Shown here: piece by piece, positions 53,112 through 64,000 of the stretch
Numbering within the stretch: the first letter of the stretch is position 1
Layout of the letters: the number at the start of each line of letters is the position of its first letter
Source: Psilocybe cubensis
Taxonomy: Eukaryota
Assembly (NCBI GenBank): GCA_017499595.2
Contig: CM039003.1
Coordinates: forward strand, 3,534,001-3,598,000
Length of the DNA: 64,000 nucleotides
Direction of reading: 5' to 3'
Position numbers and translations under genes: made by a program
The notes under the pieces: generated by a model
Database searches by the model: none
The model's input: only the letters and a program-made list of their open reading frames with translations
Told to the model about the DNA's origin: nothing

Positions 53112-55853
53112 CTACCCTTCTGGACCGTAATCTAGTTCCTCCTGTGGGATAGAATGGAGAGTCATCCTATAAGGGTTGGGGGGGTTCTTCGTAGGCCTCA
53201 TAATAGCACTGATTATGGAGATCTAAATGATGCAAAGAAAGAAATGAATAAAAAAAGATACACACCATCCTTCCTCAGCCACTTCCCTACATAAGCGAGC
53301 CAAGCGAGGACCTTGGTTCAAGGTATCCTTCTCTGCCTCTGCTGCAACCAACATGCAGGCATCATACCTCAGGGAGTACTCCTCTCCCTTGAATTCAATA
53401 CCCGAACACGGACCACCTCTTGCAGGGTCAATCCCATCCCTCCACTCCTCAAGACAGTTGTGGATCTACAGCAAAATGCTTGTTAGCAAGGCAGTGCCAA
53501 TAGCAGGAGAGAAATCAGAACTACACAACTGGCCACAAGCGCAAATGCTTTGTGGGGAAGCGATGTCTTGAAGAAATCCGTCTTTGTCTCCAGACCTTTG
53601 ATGGGGACTGCAACCCCTTTTGTAGGATGGTAGAAGAAGTCCAGACAGATCTTCTTCACAAAAGGATGTCCAAATGGGACATTGTGATACTGGAAACAAA
53701 TCAATGAGTGGTAAGCCAGGTAAAATGGACGGCGAACTCACTCGGGTTTTGGCAACACCCCGGTGGTATTTACCATTGAGTAGCCAATATGCTACCCTGT
53801 CCTTGATGTATTCGATCTCCCCCATCTGATTTTCAAACATATTGGGGTTCGCGGCGATGACCTCCGACGGGACTTCGAGGCCATACGCATTTTTGACCAG
53901 GGGTCTGATCATCGTCTTCAGTCTTCCCCGGAAGGTTGACGCGTAGACAAATGCCTAATGAGAACAGACACGTTAGTACGATATCCTTAAAAGAACACGC
54001 TAAAAATATACCGTTACGGCGGTATTCCTGTCTAGGAGCGTTTTTTTCTCTGCAAAGTTATGTAAACCAATTAACTAAAATCACAGAAGACAGAACTTAC
54101 TATCAGGCAACACTTTATCCGTGTTCATTCTTTCAAACACGGTTACTGCCATCTTCACACATCCATCGGCGACTAATAAGTGATTTTCCCGAGTGGGAAA
54201 GGGGACCTCCTCTACTACATACAGGCACATCAGTTTGCGTGCAATTTTGAGCACATCTTTCCAGTAACCAGTAAAGGATGCAACTGAATGCTTGGATACT
54301 TCCCTAGCAGAAGAAGTACTGGACTTCTTATGAGCGATGTGTGCCTCACCAAGCACCTCATCATCGTCAGATGCTTCGTTGTTCTCCCTTGTCAAACCTT
54401 GGGATACGGCTCCTTGCGAAACAGCCGCCTTGCGCAATGCCTCAGGGCGAGGTGGCTTGTTCGCCCGATTACGACGACGGTGTTCTTGAAGAACATCCTC
54501 TACTTCCACAACCTATATCAATAATACATTAGCTAGACATTAAATACAGCAGAGAAATGATTACATGGGGGGAAGGCTGGCGGAGCAATGCCCTTGCTCT
54601 CCTCTCCTCTTCATCATCGGAAACTTCATCAACCACTGTCAAACATAGGTGGTAAGCAAACACGACATAAAGGTGGAGTTAAACCAACGCTGGGCAGCAG
54701 GCTCTTCATCATCTTGACCCGCGTCGTCGTAACCTTCATCACCGTCGACATATTGGAGAGCTTCTTCATCCCCAATATTCTCTTCATCAATTCCTTGCAT
54801 GCATTCGTCCCCTGATGCTTCCTCAGATCGCCTTTCACCGTCACTATCCCCCTCTTCCTCCTCCTCATCTTCCTCCTGCTCTATGCCTTCGTAATCTTGT
54901 TGCTCCTCCTCGTCTTGATGGCTGATGCTAGCCTCTTGGTGGGCGTTATAGGCTGCTGGATGCACTGGCTGTTGTACGGGGGCATGTTGTGTTACAGGAT
55001 GCACTGGTTGTTGTACGGGGGCATCGTAGTATTGGACAGAATTCTCTGCCGCAGGGGCAGCGTAACGCTGAACAGGATTTGCTGCGTGTTGTACAGGGCG
55101 CGGGACAGGATGTGCTGCATGTTGTACGGGGCGCGGGACAGGATGTGCTGGCTGTTGTACCGGAGCAGCGGGGCGCTGGATGGGGGCAGTGGGTCTTTGG
55201 ACAGCATGATCAAGCTCTGAGTGCTCCTGATTTCTCTGAGCTGCACGTTGGATCTGGACAGGAGGGGGGGCACCCTGAGATTGTCGTGGGCTTGGTTGGA
55301 CTTGTTGGACATCCCAAGGAGCAACTGAAGGCGTTGGCCTTGGTTGCATTTGAATAGGGGGACCTACATGCGACACAACGGTAACCTAGACGTGCTTGGA
55401 AGATAGCAAATTTAAGATTAGAACAGTAGACTCACCCCATTGCGAGGTTTCTTCAAGGGAGGCGCCATCTCATTTTCAGGCATGGCGCTAGTATCCACAT
55501 TGGCGGCCCTTGACTTCCTCTTCCCAGCCTTCTCGAAGTCAATAAAAATGATGTTAGATGTTTTCTCCTGCCGAGCATTTACTCCACCAAGACCACGGGT
55601 GCTTCGGATAGGACGGCCATTGGGGTCTTTTTAATAAGGAGTTCAGTGAATCTCAACAAAGAAAATGCTAGTACAGACCTGCTTCAGGAGCCTGAGGTGG
55701 CTCGTTTTCTGCCACGGAGCTCGGACCCTGTTCAACCTCTTGTCCTAGATGGATAAAACATTAAGTATGCGGATGTAATGAGGATATATAGATGATACCT
55801 TCAACCGTGGCATTGACAACCGCCTTTTTCTTTTTGGATCCTTTAGGTGGCAT
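53112..55853 (-). CDS. Large protein with Q/P-rich and acidic tracts and a C-terminal DUF6532-like domain
   Basis: Start MPPKGSKKKK (NLS-like), PVQ repeats, E/D tract, then WKDVLKIARKLM...VPFP, STFRGRLK, PFGHPFVKKICLDFFY and IHNCLEEWRDG. DUF6532 assignment is from motif recall, not a search. Confidence 0.7.
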
Positions 55854-56647
55854 ATTGGGCTGGTTTGACGGTTGTAATGCAGAAATAGAGACAAGGGGTG
55901 GTGAATTATGTCAAGCTACGATCCGGAGGTATGCGAAATTAGCCTCTTTTCAAAATTTAAGGCGACGGACATCAGTCAAAAATATATCGTGCCATATAGA
56001 AATTACAGGTACTGAAACAGTACCCCTATCTACTACAATATATCACATATACATTATAGTCAGATTCCATGTCCTACTTAGAGTTAAGTAAAGTTACATC
56101 TCAGAGGGGAAAAGACTGCACCTATCATGATCGCGGATTATCCTGAGGGTGCATTAGAATAGGTATTCCCCGACTAATGAGGGATACCCGTAGACGGGCG
56201 ATTTCGAGCTGGGTTTCAAACAGAAGATCTTCATTGGATTTATATGCTCGCATAATGTCGTCCATATAACAACGTAGCTCTGCCTGAACTTCTAGACACC
56301 TCTGTTCAGTGAGTTGAAATTGGTCAAGAGCCTTTTTAACGGCCTCTATGCCTTGATTCTAGAGGAAGGTGGATTAAAACATGAAAATAGACCTAAAACG
56401 AAGAACTCTGCCTCTTCGGGTATGCTAGGGAGGCGGCGACTTTGAGGTTGCGAAGCGTTGTTGCTATTGGAATGGTTCATGATAAAGATAGGCAACAATT
56501 TGGTGTGGTGGTGGTGGCTTAAGTTCAAGACGATCAACACATTACGAACCATTAGCACTGTTGATTGCCGAAATACACTTAAATAGAATGACATAAAACC
56601 CGTATATGTCTACAAGTCCGTGTTCGAGATACAAGTAATGCTGCACC

Positions 56648-59007
56648 CTACATATTTACAACTTTGACACCACGGGACGGGGGGAAGATTTGAATCAAAG
56701 ATGTTGTCGGAAAAGTTGGGAATGTATCACCGCGTTTCATACGAGTAACGGGATATTTATGTACAACGCAAATATCCTTGTCTATTGATCGTATCCTGAA
56801 TATAATCCCCATTGAATCGCCCTCAAGCGGTGTAACGAAGTCGTCCTTTTTTACAGGATGAATTGGAAACAACACTGATTTCGGTAATGTCAGTGTACGT
56901 CCCAGTAATGCTAGGTGGGCAGTATCGTCGGTAAGGCTGAGAAGTTCCATCGCCACTTGATGGTCGCCCTTGGATTTGTCTACGACTTTTAATCGTAATC
57001 CTTTCAGCTTATCGTATTTCGTATCTAGCCAGTGAGCGACGGTTGAGGGTAGTTCTGCGATTTCCACCGCCGAGTGTACAGGTATTGCTGAATACGGATT
57101 CCATGCAGGAGACAGAAAACTTGCTACTGTGGACGGCATTGGAGTTGCTCCACCAGAAGGCCCGGGGTCTTGAGCGGAATTTATATGTTCTCGGTTGCTT
57201 GAAACAATGTCAGTAAGCACCTGACAGTCAACGAATCAAGTGAAACCACATACTGTATAATTAAATGTGATATTTTAATACGTTCCACCCTCTGGTTACG
57301 AGCTTCCAGCTCAACGTCTGCAAAGCCGTCGGGGGTAGTGCTTTTAACGATGCCATAGTACCCCTTGAATGTATTATTCCCGACAACGATGACACTCAAA
57401 CCTATATAGACGTCGTTGTGGTCTCTTTCTCCAAGCTTTGACGAATGACGCTTTCGCGGGCGAAGAGTAGCATGGGCAGGGGGGACGTAGAATATGACTG
57501 TGTGGATGGGCACAATGACCTGAAAAATGTGTTGAACACTACTGAGACAAAGAGAATGACAGTTCACCTACTTCGCGTTCGTGCTCTGGGGCGATAATAC
57601 AAACAGATCTTCCATCAAAGTCTGACACCCATCCATGGAGATCTTTGTGATCCCCTTCAACGACTTCAACACTATCGCCTATCTGGAAAGCTGCACGTAG
57701 ATCGTGTAGTGCAACTGCTTGTGTTATACCTTGGGAGGGGATGTGCACTTCCACCTCAGCGTCAGAAACACTCTTGACCGTTCCAAAAAGACCTAAGTAT
57801 TCTCCACCAATAATTTTGACTCGATCATATCGTTTCAGTCGAGTCATGGAGATGGCTTTCGAGGCTTGCGCTAAGGTCTCCGTCGTTACAAATGGACACT
57901 CGCGAAATTGCTCCAACTCGGACGATGTTGGGAGGACATTGGAAAGATATTTGAGATCGATGGCGTCGAAATCCGTGATAATAAATCCATCCTGGAATAT
58001 CCTGTCGAGGTGCGATTTCTTGATGTTGTCCGGAGGTCTGGGGATAAGAACAACACTTTTCCGACCCTGGAATGTGAACACAAGGCCGGTAGCATTTGCG
58101 TAGGTCGTCCAAGCCTTACGCTTTCCAGCAACCTTGACCCACGATTGGTCTTCAGGGCGTGAGGGTGGGGGATGAGATAGGATCTCCATACATCTCTCCG
58201 AGGATAGCCTAACTAAATGTGTCGGATTAAGCTCTCTAACGAGGCAGGCTAACGTATGCGCATGTTGCATTGATGGCGCCTTGACGTAGATTCTCCCAGG
58301 AATTGAGGATTGAGCGAAGACAGACCGGGCAAGGATGATGGGAAATGTAGGGTTCGTTGACATCTGCATAATTTTGAAAGCGACGGCCTCTTCGCGTCCA
58401 ACCTATCACTCGTAAGGTGATCAATAAATGCTGACTGAAGACTTATATTATTTTTGCGTACCTTGCAACCTATTTCATACATGATATCAGTCGCGGAAGG
58501 CATATAATTATTATCACCAAGTCCTCCTGGTTGGGGATTGCCATATTTCTGTATAAGTTCTCGTGAACTAGATGGCTCTATATCATTGTCAGGACGAATT
58601 TTCATGCGTGAAGGCAGAAGCATGGGCAACAAATCGCTCCATTCATCAGCGTTATCTGTATTTTGCATGGCATGATATAGCCGAGAGTGTGCAACACGTT
58701 CCTCATCCTCAGAGTATTCATCGTTATCATTCACTGTATGTCAGAACCCATTAGCATCAGTACATATTGAGCAGAATATATGTAAATTATTGGAACATAC
58801 GTAGTTGGCCCCCTTCATAATCAAGCTCTTCCGAACTTTCATCATCATCGGAAACCGCTGCTTCAATGTCTATGAAGGGATTAATGTCCTGATTTTTTGA
58901 GATCATAATTAAATTTCCCTGAAGTTAGTGATTAGATGGAGGGTTGGATTAGTACACACTGTGCGGTTGCCTAGGCTGTCAAGTCGTCTGCGTTTATAAC
59001 TAGACAT
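56648..59007 (-). CDS. Divergent Spt5/NusG-family paralog (acidic N-terminus, NGN, several KOW motifs; no C-terminal repeat region)
   Basis: NPFIDIEAAVSDDDE, NGN-like YEIGCK/VGREEAVAFKIM...PGRIYVKA, and KOW motifs YDRVKIIGGEYLGLFGTV, FQIGDSVEVVEGDHKDLHGWV and IGLSVIVVGNNTFKGYYGIV...VELEA. Confidence 0.85.
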
Positions 59008-59432
59008 TGTGGGTCTTAAAGACTGTTAATCGATGTTCATCTCACTTAATTTATCATCTTAACTTGTGATAATTTATTTTTAGATACTACACAACCTATT
59101 ACTATGATAAGACGCTATGATGAACGGAAAGAGAAAACATATGGTGAGAAACACGCTATTTCCGGAGCGATTCTTTAGGGTAGGTTTCCCGTCCTGAAGT
59201 CACGAGTTGGTTAAAAAAACGCCCCCTTACATCAGAACTTGATTGTTTTTCTTTCCGTTCGTCATAGCGTAGTACCCCTCCCCATAGATTTAACATACAT
59301 TCTAATAAAATAGACATAGACAATACTCTAGACACTCTATAATAGTTTTCGTTCAGTTAAAATTCATCTAGTTGAAAATTTGAGACACCAGAAAAAAACA
59401 CACAAAAAAAAGTAAGTACCCAAAGAAATAGA

Positions 59433-62400
59433 ATGCAGGGTGAGACGTTGAAGTTTTGTAGTGCAAGCCCAGAAGATTTCCCCCATTGCCCGACTCCAAG
59501 CTGAAGAAATTCTGGCGTTTCCCTTCGAAACGCAGGTCGTTCGTCAGACTCTGGAAAACATGTTGCCAGAGTCGCACCCACTCCGCGTAGGTCTTAATTG
59601 GATTGCCATTTATGGTACTAATATCAAGTTTCTGTAGAGGATGGTGGATTTCCTCCGACGATATGAGGACTTCACCTTTTTGAATTACGATGTTTCATCA
59701 TCGAGCATGCGAGCGGCCATCAAGTATAGGCAAAGCTTGGCTGCCCTTCAGAACAGCATCGTAGAGACACCCTGCGTAACCTCGGCTACATGGGAGCAGG
59801 CGGGTAGCTTATTTGCAGCATACCGTCTACTCGATCTCGTAGCGTTGTGGCCAGCAGCCTTTGGACCATCGTTGCCGGTGACCGTGCCCCTGAATGAAAT
59901 ACAGGCCAGCACAGGAACTAAGGAAATATTTTCACGGTTCAAGGTATGCGATCATGAAGTCACTCAATGTTAATTCTTAATTTTCAAACAATTATTGTAG
60001 CTTGTAGATGACTTGAAGGACTGGCCGGCAATGCTCTGCTCTGCCAGGAAGCGCATCCTCAGAGCCGACTCTAAGTCGCACAGAAACATCAACACCCCTT
60101 CTATCAGTGACACGCCGTCATCCGCTTTCACCCAGGGCGGGCCCTCGGAATCAACGCTATTACTCTGTCTGGCGCGTAACCACTTCAAGGGTGTTGTGGG
60201 GAAAATAATCGGGAATGTGTACTGCGCCTCGCTACACTACCAAATCTTGTCAGGAATGCGCGGTATGAAGGACGATGAACACGTTCTACCAGACATTCCA
60301 ACGGACACGGCTACTCTTGCAAATCTCTAGTAAGTTTTCTTTCCTCTATTCATTGATACAATCTGCTCAACATACCCTAGTGCAAGCGGCCATCCTGATG
60401 CTGCGTTGTTCCTCTCAGAGGTCACGCCATCTCATTTAAAAATTCCTCTGCATGTCGCCCTTTTCATATCCCCCATCCTTCTTTTTGTGAATAAATCTTG
60501 GTATTCTAAGAAATGTGACCGGGAGCAGCTGCTTAAAGTAGGTGTATCCACATCCTCCCAGTTTAACTTGGATTAACGCACTCCTTTAGGCCTCAAAAGC
60601 GCTCGGTAATTGTCGCCCCCGTGTTCTGCGTGAAGTGGAGATGGAAATTTGGAAAATCATTGCAGCGCAAAATTGCGACATCCAGTCAGCCTTATATAAA
60701 CTTGTTATCTCAGACTACTGGATGGAATGCGAGCGGGTAATTGCACAAGATCCCGCGTTTCACTTTTTCATATGTGTGTTCTACGTACTGTAACAAAATA
60801 ACAATTTAAACTAATAATTGGCCAGCGTCAACAAGCAGCGCCGAGGTTACAGCAAATTCTAACCTAGCAAGGCGCAGCACTGAACCACACGGTAAGTTAT
60901 AAGCAAAGTCTGCGTCAATTACATGATTTAAATCCGTTTAAAACAGCTCAACTTCAGACCGTTTCCCATCATGGTGAAAAAACCACCTGTGAAGGGTCCG
61001 ACGCAGACGCGGAGGGTGACGATGATCACGAAGTGGACACGACGGAAATGGTCAGCATGGGTCAACGGGAGAACGGGGACAATATGGTCCCTACCTCAAA
61101 TATACAGCCTCCGGAAGACACGTCTTCAGTGGCTGGCAAGGATGTCAGCATGGGTCAACAGGAGAACGGGGACAATACGGTCCCTACCTCAGATATACAG
61201 CCTCCGGAAGACACATCTTCGGTGGCTGGCAAGGATGTGCCCACGGACGAGCAACCTGGTTTGCCGCGGAGTGATGATATTGGATCTGGTCTACTTCAGA
61301 CTGAGAATACTGGGCCCTCATCTGCAGGGGATTGTGAGATGAACGTCGATCCGGAGCAAGCTGATGTCGACCATCAAATGGAGGATGGTCCACATACCAA
61401 TGGTCCAGAAAATTTGGGAGATGGCGGGGCTGGACAAGGAGCTGAAGGGTCTTCTGACGAGGCAAATCGTATGTCGGAAGTTCACGAGGGCGAAAAGCAG
61501 GGGCAAGACGGAGAACGACCCGACGAGGAGAACCGAATGTCAGAAGATGGTGAGGAGGAAAGGCCAGACGACAGTTCGTCGGACAATGAGACCGAGAAGC
61601 AGGGGCAAGGGGATGTTCCACCAGTCCAGGAGGACAGAATGTCGGTCGATGGAGAGGGGGTAGGCCCAGAGCAAAACAATGATTCCTCAGACATGGAGAG
61701 GAATACATTGGAAGACAGCCAAGGCGAAAAGGAGGGGGAGAACGCACCTCCTGCTCCTCTTATTTTGAGGATTCCTCCTGTTTCCCAGATAAACAGGAGC
61801 AAAAACACCACGGCTGACTCCTCTCAGAAAGGGAAAGGGAAGGGCCGGCAGGGCCTTTCCAAGCGGCCTCCCAAACGCAAGCCGACGCAGGCTACCGACA
61901 CATTTGATTCGGACGACGACCTGTGTATTGATGTCGATCTGTACGACAGCAACACCACCCTTGATGTCGTCAGCACTCCGGAGAAGGTGTATGGCACCAA
62001 AGTTTGGTCCACCTACAACGGTCGTGGCCAACTTAAAAGTTTCTGCGTTGTTGCCCATGTAAGTCATTCTCGATATTGATTTTTTCGTCATTTATTTATT
62101 CTCCAAACAAGAGTCAAGCCGACGTGGATCGTGTTGAAAGGGTTCTGGAATTGGTCGAGAGTGACTACGTCGATGGAGTTCCATTGCACATAGCACGTCC
62201 CGAAGAATCATGTTTTGCGGTATTCGACCGCAGCACCACGAAATCCATGTATCTGATGGAGTCTTTCTCTGAAAGGAACGTCGTCCTTATGTCTCCTTCT
62301 CAAGAGGAGTCTATTTCAACTTGCTCCGACGAGTTCTACAGCCAGGTACGTCGCCATATGGGTGATATGACGAGCACCAGGTCAATCCAAGGTGTGTTTC

Positions 62401-63789
62401 CTCTTCGATGTTTTGATTTTTCTTTCTGCGTCTCATGCTAATGGCCGTAACAGATATGTCGACCATGTCGTCTAACCCCATCGAGAGGATTAAGTGTGGG
62501 TCCCTCTCTCAGGTCATGGAAGCAGCGAGGATGAAAGGCAAAAGAGGAAAGATCCTCAATGCCCTCAACATCCCTTTACCTCATGCAGGCGCTCACTCTT
62601 TTGACTTGAGTACTGAGGCGGCTGCTCTTCGGGCTACATCTGGTAGCTGGAAGTATAGTACCCCCGTCCCATTTGGTGATATGTCATGGGGACTCGTAGC
62701 TACAGAGGGGGCATTTTCAGATATCCATATCGATGCCAATGGTTTCTGTTCCTTCATCCAACCTCTTCATGGACTGAAGCTGTGGATTATCATGTATCCC
62801 AGACGGTTGGATGTTGACCTTTCTTCTGACCGCCGTGTATTTCTGGGAGACAAGCTGGATTACGGGGAAACGCACCACCAAGACTGGATTTACGAGGCGA
62901 TTGTTCTCGATAACCAGTCAGAACTGTATGTGATTTTTGAATGTCCTACCCATTTGATTATATTGACGCTACTTTGAAAAACAGCTTCATGAGACCGAAT
63001 ACTCTACATATGGCGTATTCTATCTCCTCAGTGGTTTGCCGTGGCGGACATTTTTACTCCTCCACTTCCTTCGAAGAAACCCTGACAGGAATCATTCACT
63101 GTTTTACCGCTGGATACAGGGCAACGAATACGAATCATTCAACGTCCCGATTTTTCCTGCAGCAAACCATACATTGGTTCTACAAGGTTTTGGTTGAAGG
63201 TGACAGCGACCCAGAAGGTATGAGGTTTTTTACCGTTTCCTACAAGATATCTGATTCTTTTCTTCTATTTTCTCTCAGATTTTTATGAAATGTACCATGT
63301 CCCATTCTACAGTACGCAGTCCGGATACTCGAGCTTGATAGCTCTGTGCGTGTGCATGATCTTGGCAAATGCGCTCGACTACGAGACCTATCGAAATCCC
63401 GATCAGATGTTCTCCACCAAGACTTCGGCACAGTTAGACGCATGGATGCGGTGGGATACCAACAGCCTGAGCGACGAAGAGCGCAAGGCGTGCATCTTTG
63501 CCCGTGGCGAAGCCTTGGCTATTCTAGAGTGGCTATGTCATCGCACGAAGTCCATCCACTACATGATTGAGACGGACAAAAACAAGGATGCACAAAATAT
63601 CATGGCGACAGAAAAGTTCCATGAAATGATACTTTGCCGCTATGCCCGTATGATTCTAGCCTACGACGCAGAAGCCAAACATAACAACATTGGTGGTGCC
63701 CCTTGCTGTACCGACACCAGTTTGCTTTTTGTCCAGCTTCAGGGCGTCTGCAGCGGAGAATTGAACAAGGTTATATGTCGCAGTATCGA
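59433..63789 (+). CDS. Large JmjC-domain 2OG/Fe(II) dioxygenase-like protein, 3'-truncated by telomeric repeats; start uncertain
   Basis: Multi-exon, with an acidic region at 61033-62079. JmjC core WGLVATEGAFSDIHIDANGF...GLKLWII (HxD) and FMRPNTLHMAYS...GGHFY (distal His). The last exon reads ...KVICRSIE straight into GGG TTTTAGGG. Confidence 0.8.
61051..61238 (+). repeat. 93-bp (31-aa) coding tandem duplication
   Basis: VSMGQ(R/Q)ENGDN(M/T)VPTS(N/D)IQPPEDTSSVAGKD occurs twice. Confidence 0.9.
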
Positions 63790-63866
63790 GGGTTTTAGGG
63801 TTTAGGGTTTAGGGTTTAGGGTTTAGGGTTTAGGGTTTAGGGTTAGGGTTTAGGGTTTAGGGGGGG
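63790..63866 (+). repeat. Interstitial telomeric array, 10 units (TTTAGGG, with one TTAGGG and one TTTTAGGG)
   Basis: Read directly from the sequence. Confidence 0.95.
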
Positions 63867-63932
63867 AGCGAGCACCGAGCGAAGCGAGGTGCGAGCGACT
63901 AGTTTAAACTGTGAGTTTGAAATAGAAAGAAG

Positions 63933-63996
63933 GCCAGAGGGCTGTTGATTGTTATCAGCAGCCAGCCCTTTCGTCTTTATAGACTCTTCAGTGGCT
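63933..63996 (-). ncRNA. Type I hammerhead ribozyme, copy 2
   Basis: Minus strand: GCCA CUGAAGA GUCU-auaa-AGAC GAAA GGGCU-ggcu-GCUGAU-aaca-AUCAAC-AGCCC UC / UGGC. Core is identical to copy 1. Confidence 0.93.
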
Positions 63997-64000
63997 ATTC

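Larger units (their letters stand above)
47049..63789 (-). mobile_element. Putative giant telomere-attached Penelope-like (Terminon-like) retroelement unit, 5'-truncated
   Basis: On the minus strand the unit ends in hammerhead, hairpin, then (CCCTAAA)n. The distal end is cut mid-gene, capped by TTTAGGG repeats and followed by another copy of the same terminus. No RT was seen in the window. Confidence 0.6.

Noticed and set aside
56648-59007. Canonical SPT5 gene symbol
   Set aside because: Too divergent, shorter and lacking C-terminal repeats; more likely a paralog.
47214-63789. Reverse transcriptase or transposase gene inside the unit
   Set aside because: No YxDD-type RT motif set or DDE/KDZ motifs were recognised in the ORF track or by eye. 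A heavily spliced or decayed copy cannot be excluded.
63866-63903. Helitron 3' end (hairpin followed by CTAG-T)
   Set aside because: Copy 1 has CTTG, and homology between copies continues about 100 bp past this point through the hammerhead, so it is not a terminus. No Rep/helicase is visible.

Overview
Intron-rich fungal DNA, most likely an agaricomycete mushroom (inferred from DUF6532/DUF6533-type and multi-pass membrane gene families), that looks like a right-hand subtelomere. 1-12.4 kb: a large secreted GH18 chitinase (hevein/CBM18 modules, long C-terminal extension running off the window) and a divergently transcribed secreted protein with about 7 LysM domains. 12.4-47 kb: a mosaic of degenerate repeats, nested non-autonomous transposons with visible target-site duplications, a forkhead pseudogene, a subtilisin lacking a signal peptide and membrane-protein genes. 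47-64 kb holds the main signal. Two (TTTAGGG)n arrays, 16.7 kb apart, are each followed by the same ~150-bp module: a GA-rich DNA hairpin and a complete minus-strand type I hammerhead ribozyme with compensatory changes between copies. Between them lie intron-containing genes for a divergent Spt5 (NGN/KOW) paralog, a DUF6532-like protein and a JmjC dioxygenase cut off by the second array. This matches the layout of head-to-tail chains of telomere-attached Penelope-like retroelements (Coprina, rotifer Terminons), here with chromatin/elongation cargo. I found no reverse transcriptase in the window, so the giant-element reading is an inference. Exon boundaries were read by eye and are approximate.
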